Source of the DNA: a virus
Lineage: Duplodnaviria > Caudoviricetes
Strand: one strand, 5' to 3'
IMG/VR virus record: IMGVR_UViG_3300024513_000080
Span: 1 to 25,023 of that record
Length of the DNA: 25,023 nucleotides
The translations under genes and the position numbers were made by a program. Below, in pieces: positions 1-8,971 of the stretch. The notes under the pieces are model-generated. The model had not been told where the DNA came from. It was given only the letters and a program-made list of their open reading frames with translations, and did not search any database. Position 1 is the stretch's first letter, and the number at the start of each line of letters is the position of its first letter.

Positions 1-1
1 C

Positions 2-298
2 GTCAAGCGTGAAGGCGGGAAGCTTGTCTACCGAGGCCAGAAGTTTGACGGCTTCAACAAGCCCAAGGACGCCCCGGACGGTGCCAAGGAAAAGAAGATG
101 GTGCTGGCCAAGAAGGGCGATGAAGTGAAGCTGGTGCGGTTCGGCCTGCGTGGCATGGAGGACTTCACTCAGCACAAGGATCCCGAGCGTCGAGCCAACT
201 ACCTTGCCCGGTCTGCCGGGATCAAGAACAAGGACGGGAAGCTGACCAAGGATGACGTATTCAGCGCGAACCACTGGGCTCGCAAGGTTCTCTGGTGA
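2..298 (+). CDS. Small basic protein, DUF5754-like (5' partial)
   Basis: Frame 2 is open from the window start (VKREGGKLVYRGQKFDGFNKPK...), so the 98..298 call is likely truncated. Motifs VRFG..GMEDFTQHKDPERRANYLAR and SANHWARKVLW resemble the viral DUF5754-type family (recall). Confidence 0.7.
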   Translation, partial: VKREGGKLVYRGQKFDGFNKPKDAPDGAKEKKMVLAKKGDEVKLVRFGLRGMEDFTQHKDPERRANYLARSAGIKNKDGKLTKDDVFSANHWARKVLW

Positions 299-306
299 GG
301 TGACCA

Positions 307-996
307 ATGATTGCAAGCGACATCATCAACCGTGCTCGGATCGTCCTGAACGATGCTGATGGAGTCCGTTGGCTTGACTCCGAGCTCCTGGGCTGGATCA
401 ACGATGGCCAGCGAGTCATCGCCCTGGTGCGGCCTGATGCCTGCGTCAGTAACTCCACGATCACTCTGGTCGCCGGAACCAAGCAGTCGATCCCGAACGA
501 CGGCCTGCGGTTGCTGGACGTGATGCGCAACATCAACCCCGACAACTCCGGTGGCCGGGTGGTGCGCCATGTCGATCGCGACGTGCTGGATACCCAGAAC
601 GTGAACTGGCACAGCGAGAGCGGCCAGGCTGTCGTCAAGAACTACATCTACGACAACCGGGATCCCAAGACCTTCTACGTCTACCCGCCTGCGCTGAACA
701 CGGCCAAGCTCGAGATCATCTACTCGAAGAACCCGACCGACGTGACTGCCACCGGCTCTACGGTGGCTGTGGCCGACATCTACGCTGACCCGCTGCTGAA
801 CTACGTTCTGCACCGCGCCTACAGTAAGGACGCTGAGTTCGCTCAGAACTTCCAGCTCTCGGCTACCTACCTCCAGATCTTCCAGTCGATGCTGGGCATC
901 AAGACCAGCAAGGACGCAGCCTTCTCGCCCGACCTAAACAGCAAGGGCAGGACGACGGCTCCGAGCGCAGCCTCGCTGCAAATGGGCGGTGTCTGA
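307..996 (+). CDS. Head-to-tail adaptor protein (DUF6682-like)
   Basis: 229 aa; SD GAGGTG upstream; motifs RW.DSELLGWINDGQR.I...RPD, FYVYPP and YVLHRAYSKDAE, typical of podoviral adaptors; strong C/G third-position bias. Confidence 0.8.
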   Translation: MIASDIINRARIVLNDADGVRWLDSELLGWINDGQRVIALVRPDACVSNSTITLVAGTKQSIPNDGLRLLDVMRNINPDNSGGRVVRHVDRDVLDTQNVNWHSESGQAVVKNYIYDNRDPKTFYVYPPALNTAKLEIIYSKNPTDVTATGSTVAVADIYADPLLNYVLHRAYSKDAEFAQNFQLSATYLQIFQSMLGIKTSKDAAFSPDLNSKGRTTAPSAASLQMGGV

Positions 997-998
997 TC

Positions 999-1652
999 GT
1001 GGCCAGCTACGACGACTTTCTGTCACGGGTGCTTCCTGAGGTTCCTGGTTGTGCCGAGATCACGGCGCTCCAGGCGATCAAGGACGCGACGATCGAGTTC
1101 TGTGAAAAGAGCCTGATCTACCAGGCCGATCATGACCCTGTGTCTGTCGCGGCGAAGACGGCTGACTACGATCTGGATTCTCCGGTTGCGGACACCAGGA
1201 TCATCAAGATCATGAAGCTTTGGTACTCGGGTAATGAGCTCGCCGCCTCAGCTCCCGACCAGGTGTCAGACCCAACCCTCTACAACCAGCAGGTGGGTGA
1301 CTACAGCACTCAGTACGGCACGCCTCGGACGTTTGTGCAGAAGGACTCGGAGACTTTCTCGTTATTTCCGATTCCGGAGAGGCAACTGTCCAACGCCATC
1401 ACCATGCGCGTGGCCTTGGCTCCGCTTCGCAGCGCGACGTCTTGCGCCGATTTCCTGTTCGAACAATTCGTTGAGCCTATTGCCGCTGGCGCTGTTTCTC
1501 GGCTGCAAATGACGCCCAACAAGGCGTACTCGAACCCCAAGCTCGCTGGCTACTACCAGGGCCAGTACATGGTCGGCGTCAATGATGCGCGTCAGAAGGC
1601 GACTCGCGGTTTCACCCGGGCAAATCTGAGCGTGCAGATGCGGAGAATCTGA
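999..1652 (+). CDS. Second adaptor-like tail connector protein
   Basis: 217 aa, GTG start 2 nt after the previous stop; motifs FLSRVLPEVPGC, AIKDATIEFCEKS, LFPIPE and IAAGAVSRL.M.P.KAYSNP, typical of podoviral adaptor/stopper proteins. Confidence 0.75.
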   Translation: MASYDDFLSRVLPEVPGCAEITALQAIKDATIEFCEKSLIYQADHDPVSVAAKTADYDLDSPVADTRIIKIMKLWYSGNELAASAPDQVSDPTLYNQQVGDYSTQYGTPRTFVQKDSETFSLFPIPERQLSNAITMRVALAPLRSATSCADFLFEQFVEPIAAGAVSRLQMTPNKAYSNPKLAGYYQGQYMVGVNDARQKATRGFTRANLSVQMRRI

Positions 1653-1653
1653 C

Positions 1654-1986
1654 ATGACCCAGAAGATCAAGCTCGTTCAAGGCGACACTCGTCCACAGAT
1701 TCAGGTGACCTTTACGGACGAGACGACTGGCCTGCCCATCAACATCACAGGCGCTGTGCCGCGCATGTACTTCCGCGCTCTGGGATCTTCAGAGACCCTA
1801 GCGACCCTCACCGGGATTGTGCTGGATGGCCCCGCTGGCAAGACCGTTTTCGCTTGGGGGCCAACTACCCTCAACGTTCCCGCTGGCGACTACCAGGGAG
1901 AACTAGAGCTGACGTTCTCCAATGGAGACAGGCAGTCGGTCTACGACACTGTCAGGTTCAAGGTGCGCGAGGACTTTAGCGCATGA
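1654..1986 (+). CDS. Small virion protein, BppU N-terminal-like Ig-fold (fibre attachment)
   Basis: 110 aa; IKLVQGDTRPQI..., PINITGA and GDYQGELELTFSNG...F.VRE pattern typical of BppU-like domains; coupled to both neighbours. Confidence 0.7.
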   Translation: MTQKIKLVQGDTRPQIQVTFTDETTGLPINITGAVPRMYFRALGSSETLATLTGIVLDGPAGKTVFAWGPTTLNVPAGDYQGELELTFSNGDRQSVYDTVRFKVREDFSA

Positions 1987-3623
1987 AGATTTCTGCGGTC
2001 GCGCTTGAAAGCCTTAGGGCGTCCATTTCATGCGTCACCCTGCGCGCAGAGATTTCTGTTGTCAAGTTTCGCTCATCTGTTGTTGAGGAGACGCGAGCCA
2101 AAGCCGCTACCGCTGCAAGCCTACTGAAGGCCAGCGCAACCGCCTCACAAATCGAGGCGGCGGCGTATGGCGCTCTTATCCAGGCCAGCCTTGTGCTTGG
2201 CTACTTCACTCGCATCTACGACGCAGAGAGCGCCGCAATCACGAGCGACTCCAGGGTCGCATCGCTTCAGAAGTCATTCTCCGAGCTTGCTTCCGCGATT
2301 GACATCCTGGGCAAGTCGTCGTCCAAGCAGTTCAACGAAAGCCTTGCTGCGGTTGATGCTGCAACGTCTCTGCTGAACAAAGCGATCGCGGAGATTGCGT
2401 CCACATCGGATGCTCAGATCAAGGGCGTCGGTCTTTCAAAGCTGGACTCCGCTTCTGCGTCAGAGGAGATCGGCAAGGCGATCTCAAAGATTGCGCTCGA
2501 CGCCGCCACGAGCACGGACGACTCCGCTCGACTTCTGGTCAAGGCTCTTGTAGAAACCGTGTCCACCTCTGACCGGATAGCGGTTGGCTATGTTCGTAGC
2601 TACAACTATTCGGACGTCGCGGTCACAACAGATCAGGCTGGTCTTGACCTGTCGCGCCATGTCCAAACCGACGCGATGGCTACGGACGACCTGGATGGAG
2701 CTGCGACGGCAGATGACGATCAGACAGCGCAGTTTATCAAGGCGGTCTCTGACATCGTCTCAAGCAGCGATCTGTTCGATCTCGCTGTTGAATACATCCG
2801 GTCTCAGGACGAACAGATCACTTCTTCTGATGTCCTGGCGCGCTCCTTCGCGAAGGAGTTGGTTGACTCCGTATCTGTGCTTGACTCGGCCCTGGTTGGT
2901 TATGTTCGGGGCAGAGAGAGTTCATCCGACGCCACAACGACGGACATCAGTAGCGTTGCGCTCGGCAAAGTTCTTGCCGACTTGGCTGGTCTATCTGATT
3001 CAACGGCTCTGGCCGTCACCAAGGGCCTAAGCGACGGCGTGTCGCCCACTGAGCTTGCGAGTCTGATCGCCAGCAAGATCCTTGGCGACACAGTGCAGAG
3101 CGCAGATGAGGATGTGCTTTCGTTTGGGAAGATTGCAGAGGACGCGCCTGCGGCATCTGACAGCAGCGCCCTGTCATCGTCCAAAGAGTTTGCTGACCAG
3201 TCAGCAACCTCGGACATCGCGACAAAGCTAGTCGGACGAGTGTCCGCTGATGCTGCGGCGTCCGCCGACTTTGTCGCAAGGCTCATCTCGAAGAGCACTT
3301 CCGAACAGATCACGACCGGCGATGCCGCCCTCCTCAGCTCTGGAAAGTCGTTTGCTGAACCGCTTAGTGCCGCAGACATTGCGGCAAGAGTTGTTGCGAA
3401 AGCAATAAGCGACTCCGCAATAGTGGGTGACCTGTTCGATGCGCGGCTTGGCCGAGGCGCTACTGACTCAGCGTCAAGCACCGATGCAGCTTTGCTTGCC
3501 CCGCGAAAGAATCTATCTGACACCACCTCTGCATCCGACGCAGGGAGTGTTTTGAAGCAGGACTACTGCGATGCCTCGTACTTCGCAGCAGACTACGTCG
3601 GAAATGTCGTTGTCAACTTTTGA
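1983..3623 (+). CDS. Ser/Ala/Asp-rich repetitive virion appendage/fibre shaft protein
   Basis: 546 aa; ATGA overlap with the upstream gene; many degenerate ~18-aa units (K-x-x-x-D/E-x-x-x-x-S-D); aromatic C-terminus DYCDASYFAADYVG. Confidence 0.7.
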   Translation: MKISAVALESLRASISCVTLRAEISVVKFRSSVVEETRAKAATAASLLKASATASQIEAAAYGALIQASLVLGYFTRIYDAESAAITSDSRVASLQKSFSELASAIDILGKSSSKQFNESLAAVDAATSLLNKAIAEIASTSDAQIKGVGLSKLDSASASEEIGKAISKIALDAATSTDDSARLLVKALVETVSTSDRIAVGYVRSYNYSDVAVTTDQAGLDLSRHVQTDAMATDDLDGAATADDDQTAQFIKAVSDIVSSSDLFDLAVEYIRSQDEQITSSDVLARSFAKELVDSVSVLDSALVGYVRGRESSSDATTTDISSVALGKVLADLAGLSDSTALAVTKGLSDGVSPTELASLIASKILGDTVQSADEDVLSFGKIAEDAPAASDSSALSSSKEFADQSATSDIATKLVGRVSADAAASADFVARLISKSTSEQITTGDAALLSSGKSFAEPLSAADIAARVVAKAISDSAIVGDLFDARLGRGATDSASSTDAALLAPRKNLSDTTSASDAGSVLKQDYCDASYFAADYVGNVVVNF

Positions 3624-3634
3624 GAGGTGAATGA

Positions 3635-4078
3635 ATGAACACGCAAGAAATCCTCAAGGCGACCGGTGCCTTGAAAGTCGTACTCACTGGCGCTGATGGC
3701 CGGGTCAAGCATGAGCAGGAAGTCAAAAACCTGGTCGTAACGACCGGCCTTGGCTACATCGCTTCGCGCATGAGGGATACAAGTCAGGCCGCTATGAGCC
3801 ACATGGCTATTGGGGCCGGAACCGCCAACGCAATCGCAGGGGATGCGGCGTTGGGCAGTGAGCTTGGCCGCGTTGCCCTGACATCCACTGTCGTCACCGG
3901 CAATCAAGCGGTCTACACCGCCACGTTTGCTCCTGGCACCGGCACCGGCGCGGTGACTGAAGCTGGCATCTTCAATGCAGCATCCGCTGGCACGATGCTC
4001 TGCCGCACCAAGTTTGCCGTGGTCAACAAGGACGCTGGCGACACCTTGTCGATCACCTGGACTGTCACGATCTCCTGA
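3635..4078 (+). CDS. Conserved small tail/fibre-associated structural protein
   Basis: 147 aa; SD GAGAGG; motifs KNLVVTTG, HMAIGAG, ELGRVAL, TEAGIFNA and DTLSITWTVTIS, common in phage fibre-base proteins. Confidence 0.8.
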   Translation: MNTQEILKATGALKVVLTGADGRVKHEQEVKNLVVTTGLGYIASRMRDTSQAAMSHMAIGAGTANAIAGDAALGSELGRVALTSTVVTGNQAVYTATFAPGTGTGAVTEAGIFNAASAGTMLCRTKFAVVNKDAGDTLSITWTVTIS

Positions 4079-4111
4079 TCTGGTGCATAGCGGGTTGAGA
4101 ACGAGAGAAGC

Positions 4112-5608
4112 ATGGCGGCAATAACTCTAAGGTCGGTCAAAGGCTCTCCGCTGACGAACGCGGAGCTTGACGCCAACTTCTCCAATCTCAATACGGAGCT
4201 GACTCAGAAGCTGAGTGAGGTCACGAGTGGCGTTATCACGAACGCCCTCGGATACACACCAGCGAACAAGGCTGGCGACACTTTCACCGGGCAGGTGAAG
4301 GTGGATAGCTCCGGCGCAAACTCGTCGTTCTTCGTCAACAGCGCCACGTCCAGCGGAAACATCACCCACCTAATCGCCAACACAACGCCGTTTAGTGGGA
4401 GCAATGGCGCTCTGACTGGCACGCTGTTTGGAGTGCTGTCTCAGCCGACCATTAGCAACAGTGGATCTGGCGGGTCAAACTCCAACATTGCCTGGGGCGG
4501 CTACTTTGTTCCGCAGATCGCCTCATCTGGCGCATCTGCCCCGGTCGTTCTGTATGGGGTGCAGGCGTTTGGTGAAAGGTCGAATGCAGGGGACACCTCA
4601 ACAGCGAGCGCCAACAGTCTGTATGGTGGGTTCTTTACGGCCCGCCACACCGCCGCCATTAGCAATGGTGCATCCAGCCAAACCATCGCAGCGGTCAATG
4701 CTTCTGCAATTGTTCAGGGCGGGTCTGCCACGAACGTCTACGGAGTCTGGACAACCGGCAACATCGGGTCTTCTTCAGCCGTTACCAACAACGTTGTTGT
4801 AGCGAACTACTACCAGTTCTACGCCAATCCGGTCACGGTAGGGTCGAGTTCTGCTGGTGGAAGCGTAGGAACGATTGCCAACTTCTATGGCTTGTATCTG
4901 TCTGCGCCAAACGTCCAAAGCGGCGGCAGCATTTTGGGTCGTTACGGCATCTTCCAGGCTGACAGCGCGAGTCAGAACTTGCTATTTGGGTCACTTGAGG
5001 TCAACGGAGCGGTCACTGTAGGCGGCACTCTGGGCGCAAGCCCTTTTAGGATCCCAGTTGGTAGCTCTGCAAACAGACCGACCAACCCAGTTGTCGGCCT
5101 GTTGCGCTACAACACAACTACCGGCTCATACGAGGGTTATTACCCGAACGGCTGGGGCAATATCGGAGGCGGCGGGAGTGGTTCTAGTGGCGGAGCTAGT
5201 TCTGGCTACACGAGAGTCTTTGTTTACAACGGAACCACAACCAATAGCACGGAGACCGAGCTGTTTGTGGATGGCGCGTCCAATTCTCGCCTGACGGTTG
5301 GTGCCACGACTCGAATAGTGGCGTATGTGGCTGAGTTTGTTGGCTACCGCAGCGACACGAACATCAGCTCCTCGACACCAAGAGACAGTGTCTACATAGT
5401 TGTTCGTGGCTCAGCGGAACTGATAGGCGGGGTGTTCTCTGACAAGGGCAATCTGTTCGAGCAGATTGTCGTGCGAGATGACGTTCTTGTCTCCGTTGAC
5501 ATCAGGTCTGTCTTTGAGTCGTTAAGTTCGTCGCTTCGAGTCTACGTGACGGGCCCCGCTTCTAAGACATACAGTTGGCGCGTCATTCTTTCTCTCAATG
5601 AGGTCTAG
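4112..5608 (+). CDS. Tail fibre / receptor-binding protein
   Basis: 498 aa; N-terminal anchor ITLRSVKGSPLTNAELDANFSNLN; ALGYTPANKAGDTFTG; G/S/N-rich beta-helix-like middle; fibre motif IPVGSSANRP...GLLRYNTTTGSYEGY...W; C-terminal beta domain. Confidence 0.8.
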   Translation: MAAITLRSVKGSPLTNAELDANFSNLNTELTQKLSEVTSGVITNALGYTPANKAGDTFTGQVKVDSSGANSSFFVNSATSSGNITHLIANTTPFSGSNGALTGTLFGVLSQPTISNSGSGGSNSNIAWGGYFVPQIASSGASAPVVLYGVQAFGERSNAGDTSTASANSLYGGFFTARHTAAISNGASSQTIAAVNASAIVQGGSATNVYGVWTTGNIGSSSAVTNNVVVANYYQFYANPVTVGSSSAGGSVGTIANFYGLYLSAPNVQSGGSILGRYGIFQADSASQNLLFGSLEVNGAVTVGGTLGASPFRIPVGSSANRPTNPVVGLLRYNTTTGSYEGYYPNGWGNIGGGGSGSSGGASSGYTRVFVYNGTTTNSTETELFVDGASNSRLTVGATTRIVAYVAEFVGYRSDTNISSSTPRDSVYIVVRGSAELIGGVFSDKGNLFEQIVVRDDVLVSVDIRSVFESLSSSLRVYVTGPASKTYSWRVILSLNEV

Positions 5609-5610
5609 TC

Positions 5611-6096
5611 GTGCCGAGAACAAGATCAATCATCATTGATGCGCCATTCGGTCGAGCGTTTGCCAACACGCAATCCTCTATCGGCGCAAGCGCAACACAG
5701 TTGATAGCTGGTGCCGCGCCAAGAACGGTAACCGTTGGCGCGTTCAATAGCTCCAGGACTCTCGTGCAAGTCGCGTCAAACATTGGCAGTGGAGGCCGAA
5801 TCGGCGGCGGTGTCGGTGGTCTCATGACCAGCATCACGGCCAGACTTTCAGTAGCGCCAGCACTTTCGCGGATTGTGCTGCGAGTGAAGGTGGGCAGCGA
5901 CCCAACATCTCCAGGCCTGCACACTGTGATCGCAACAATGATCATCCCGGTTGGTTCAGTCTCGGTAACCACCTCTGTGGCTCATCAATTTACGGCATTC
6001 GACAGCATGTATGTTGATGTGATTGAGGCTGCTGGAACCTCTGCCAACAGGGCTGCTGGACTCAACGTCATTGGAACCTGGTATCAATCGGCATAA
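5611..6096 (+). CDS. Hypothetical beta-rich virion protein
   Basis: 161 aa, GTG start 2 nt after the upstream stop; beta-strand-rich C-terminal half; lies in the fibre block. Confidence 0.6.
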   Translation: MPRTRSIIIDAPFGRAFANTQSSIGASATQLIAGAAPRTVTVGAFNSSRTLVQVASNIGSGGRIGGGVGGLMTSITARLSVAPALSRIVLRVKVGSDPTSPGLHTVIATMIIPVGSVSVTTSVAHQFTAFDSMYVDVIEAAGTSANRAAGLNVIGTWYQSA

Positions 6097-6099
6097 ATC

Positions 6100-6297
6100 A
6101 TGAACGCACAAGACGCGATCAATCATTTTGGAAGCTCAGACTGCCTGTATCGATTCGATGGCGGCAGGGACGACCTAGAGCCATACATGGCCTCTCTCGA
6201 AGTCTCCTACTCGTATCTGCTTGGCGAAGGATGCTTCGTTCGCACGGAGCGTCCAGTCTCCGACCCTCGCCTTCTGCCTATTGAGGAGAGCGTCTGA
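6100..6297 (+). CDS. Small acidic hypothetical protein
   Basis: 65 aa; exactly fills the gap between neighbours; its TGA overlaps the next ATG. Confidence 0.6.
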   Translation: MNAQDAINHFGSSDCLYRFDGGRDDLEPYMASLEVSYSYLLGEGCFVRTERPVSDPRLLPIEESV

Positions 6298-7340
6298 TGT
6301 TTGCCAAACTTGTTACCCCTACTGGACTCAACGCCTGCGCTGCCTTCCGCGACATTGCGCGGCTACTGACGTCGCAATCGCCTTCACTGAGTCTGTTGAG
6401 CGGATTCAGTCAATCGACCTCCGTCATTTACGACGCCGCCCCGGCTGGTTGGACGTATGTCGGGGGTTCGTATGCCGCTGATCAACCAACCATCTACAAC
6501 GGCTCATTAGCTGGCTTTACTACGACCGCCGACGTCGTGTGGCGCTTGTGCTTAAGCGCGCCATGTCTTGCGACGACCAAGCTGAAGTACGCAGTGCTCA
6601 CTCAAGAGATTGGCCTCGCTCAGGCGTCCAATGGCACGACAGCCGTATATGGCTGCTTGACCGGCGCGACGAACGCGACCTCGACAGGCGTGGTGACAAA
6701 CGAGGGGCCAAGGTACTTTCACTCTTCAACAGATGGCGTGACGGAGGGGGAGCCTACCGCCCTTGGGTTCACCGCCAACTCCACGACCTACGTGATTGCC
6801 GATCAACGGCATATCACCATCATCCAAGAGGGTCGCGGGTTTTCTGCGCTATGGGAGCATCAGGCGTCTCCACTCCACCTGTACTCAGACACTGTTCCGA
6901 TGGTTCAGTATTCGCACAATCGCTCAGACATATTCACAAGAGCGAATATCATTGTTCCCACAAACAGCTCCGCGGTCATATCCAACACCATCCTCGCGGC
7001 GACATTTAACTCGTACCGCACAAGCGACGCCAACATTGCGGGAACATACGACTTTACCGAGAACATGACTCGGAATCTCGGCAACTTCATTCAGAATGCG
7101 TCAACGCTGCGATCAACAACGATTGATCAGTCTGGATTCCCCGTCTACCAAGTGTCGCCCGTGTGGTTCCAGACCGGAGCACGAGGGCATCCCGTCGTGT
7201 TTGTGACCGGCGTTGTGCCTGTCTATTTCACCGCACCCAGCATTGGAACCACTCTAGACGTCGTATCGATCAGTGGTCAGCAGTATCGCTGGTTCAACTG
7301 TGGCGCCGGCTTTGGAATGGCCTTTCTGACTGGAACCTGA
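6297..7340 (+). CDS. Putative virion structural / receptor-binding protein
   Basis: 347 aa; T/S/G/aromatic-rich beta protein; coupled start; C-terminus LDVVSISGQQYRWF resembles that of other phage appendage proteins (recall only). Confidence 0.6.
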   Translation: MFAKLVTPTGLNACAAFRDIARLLTSQSPSLSLLSGFSQSTSVIYDAAPAGWTYVGGSYAADQPTIYNGSLAGFTTTADVVWRLCLSAPCLATTKLKYAVLTQEIGLAQASNGTTAVYGCLTGATNATSTGVVTNEGPRYFHSSTDGVTEGEPTALGFTANSTTYVIADQRHITIIQEGRGFSALWEHQASPLHLYSDTVPMVQYSHNRSDIFTRANIIVPTNSSAVISNTILAATFNSYRTSDANIAGTYDFTENMTRNLGNFIQNASTLRSTTIDQSGFPVYQVSPVWFQTGARGHPVVFVTGVVPVYFTAPSIGTTLDVVSISGQQYRWFNCGAGFGMAFLTGT

Positions 7341-7342
7341 TC

Positions 7343-8302
7343 ATGCCATCTCACAACGAACTGGTCTCCGCAGTCGCGGCTACAAGCCCGCTTCTGTACT
7401 ACCCGATGTCTACTGCGGGTCAGGGCGCTGTTTCCAGTATCAGCTTTGCGAGCCAGGGGTCTGTGACCGGGGTGGCCGCAACCATGAACTCGACAGTGGT
7501 TTCGGGTTCAATGTCGGCCAGCGGTACGTTGATTCCGGGTGATGCTCAACAGTACCTGACGATCGGTAGTGCGAGTTCGGTCAGGCTTGTGACAGACATC
7601 ATTGGGACAGTGCTCGGAGTTCCGCTATCAAATCTCACGATGCAGATCATTGTGAGACCAGCCGACGGAAGCGGGACGCCAGACTCTTTTTGGGGCTGGC
7701 CCATCCTGCATCTTGGCAAGAGTGGTACAGGCTCAGCCGACAACTACCAATTTACATACGGTATGTTGTCTGACTTCTCCCAGAAGTTCGTGTGGGAGTA
7801 CACGACTTCAGCGACAGACCAGATTGTTTCTGGCGGCTACTTTGGCTCGAACTTCGCAATGCCAAGCCCCATCGCAAAGACACTTCATTTCATCATCACA
7901 AGAGACGCCACGACTAAGCAGATCACAATCTACTTCAACGGTGCGCTCGACGAGCAGATCTCCTACGCAAACGACGCAACCCACGGCAGTAATGCAAAGT
8001 TTTCCGTCATCGGTGTTGACGCCGGATCAGTCAATAGCTTGGCTGGCACGTACGGACACGCAGCTCTCTGGGGCAGAGTGCTTAGCATGTCCGAGATCGC
8101 CTCATTGTTTACGGCATCTGGAATCTACTTCACCGCTCCATCAGCAGACAGGCTGTCTCTGTTGCCAGTGGACGCACAGATTCCGCTTGCGCAACTTAGC
8201 GATCTCCTGTCCCCTATCGCTAACAAGTCTATTGAGATTTACGTTGACGGAACGATCGATACCGGCTCGCTTGATCCGGCGAACGAGTACTACTGGTCAT
8301 AG
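7343..8302 (+). CDS. LamG/concanavalin A-like lectin-domain virion protein
   Basis: True start is likely the ATG at 7343 (MPSHNELVSAV), 2 nt after the upstream stop. Motifs PLLYYPM, LHFIITRD....ITIYFNGAL and HAALWGRVLSMSEIASLF are characteristic of Laminin_G_3 domains. Confidence 0.75.
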   Translation: MPSHNELVSAVAATSPLLYYPMSTAGQGAVSSISFASQGSVTGVAATMNSTVVSGSMSASGTLIPGDAQQYLTIGSASSVRLVTDIIGTVLGVPLSNLTMQIIVRPADGSGTPDSFWGWPILHLGKSGTGSADNYQFTYGMLSDFSQKFVWEYTTSATDQIVSGGYFGSNFAMPSPIAKTLHFIITRDATTKQITIYFNGALDEQISYANDATHGSNAKFSVIGVDAGSVNSLAGTYGHAALWGRVLSMSEIASLFTASGIYFTAPSADRLSLLPVDAQIPLAQLSDLLSPIANKSIEIYVDGTIDTGSLDPANEYYWS

Positions 8303-8310
8303 GTGTTGAA

Positions 8311-8676
8311 ATGATTGGCGAATTGATTGCTCTACTCTTCCTGTCAAGAGACGTTGCTCATCGGGAACACCTGAAGGTGACCGGGCCGGGTAGCTACGCC
8401 GCGCATATCGCCCTCGGCAGCTTCTACGACGAGGTGGTTGATCTGGCGGACTCCCTGGCCGAGGCCTACCAGGGGCGCAACGGCATCATCGAAGACATCC
8501 CGTATCTGGACGCTGACAAGGGGGAAGTCATCCCCGTCCTGGAGCAGCACCTCAAGTGGGTCGAAGACAATCGATTCGAAGCCGTCCCCAAAGAGGACAC
8601 GGCCCTTCAGAACATCATCGATGAGATCGTGGGTCTGTACCTGTCCACGCTCTACAAGCTGAAGAACCTGAAGTGA
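8311..8676 (+). CDS. Ferritin/Dps-like four-helix protein (DUF5856-like)
   Basis: 121 aa; SD AGGTG; motifs AHREHL, SYAAHIALGSFYDEVVDLADSLAEAYQG and LQNIIDEI....STLYKL match the phage DUF5856 pattern (recall). Confidence 0.75.
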   Translation: MIGELIALLFLSRDVAHREHLKVTGPGSYAAHIALGSFYDEVVDLADSLAEAYQGRNGIIEDIPYLDADKGEVIPVLEQHLKWVEDNRFEAVPKEDTALQNIIDEIVGLYLSTLYKLKNLK

Positions 8677-8683
8677 GGGTGCA

Positions 8684-8971
8684 ATGGAAGGCAATGAGTT
8701 GACACCAATCCACACCGATTTCCGCCGACTGGAGGAGAAAGTGGACAAGCTCACTGATGCAGTGATGCGCCTTGTTCTGCTTGAGGAGCGCCAGTCGAAC
8801 ATGAATGAGCGGATCGGCGTGGCTGAGCAGCGTATCGCCAGCACGGAGACAGCCATCACCAAGGTGGACACCAAGGTCGAGCGGTGGATCAACCGTGGCA
8901 TTGGTGCCTGGGCTGTGGCGGCTGTGCTGTTCACCCTGGTTCAGTTCGGCTCCAGCATCCTCAAGCAGTAG
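8684..8971 (+). CDS. Coiled-coil protein with a C-terminal TM helix (holin/antiholin or XhlA-like)
   Basis: 95 aa; SD GAGGG; heptad-rich N-terminus, then hydrophobic GIGAWAVAAVLFTLVQF; lies at the start of the lysis cassette. Confidence 0.7.
   Translation: MEGNELTPIHTDFRRLEEKVDKLTDAVMRLVLLEERQSNMNERIGVAEQRIASTETAITKVDTKVERWINRGIGAWAVAAVLFTLVQFGSSILKQ

Noticed and set aside
7163-7342. N-terminal extension of the LamG ORF in the track
   Set aside because: Overlaps the upstream gene by about 180 nt; the ATG at 7343 fits the operon spacing.
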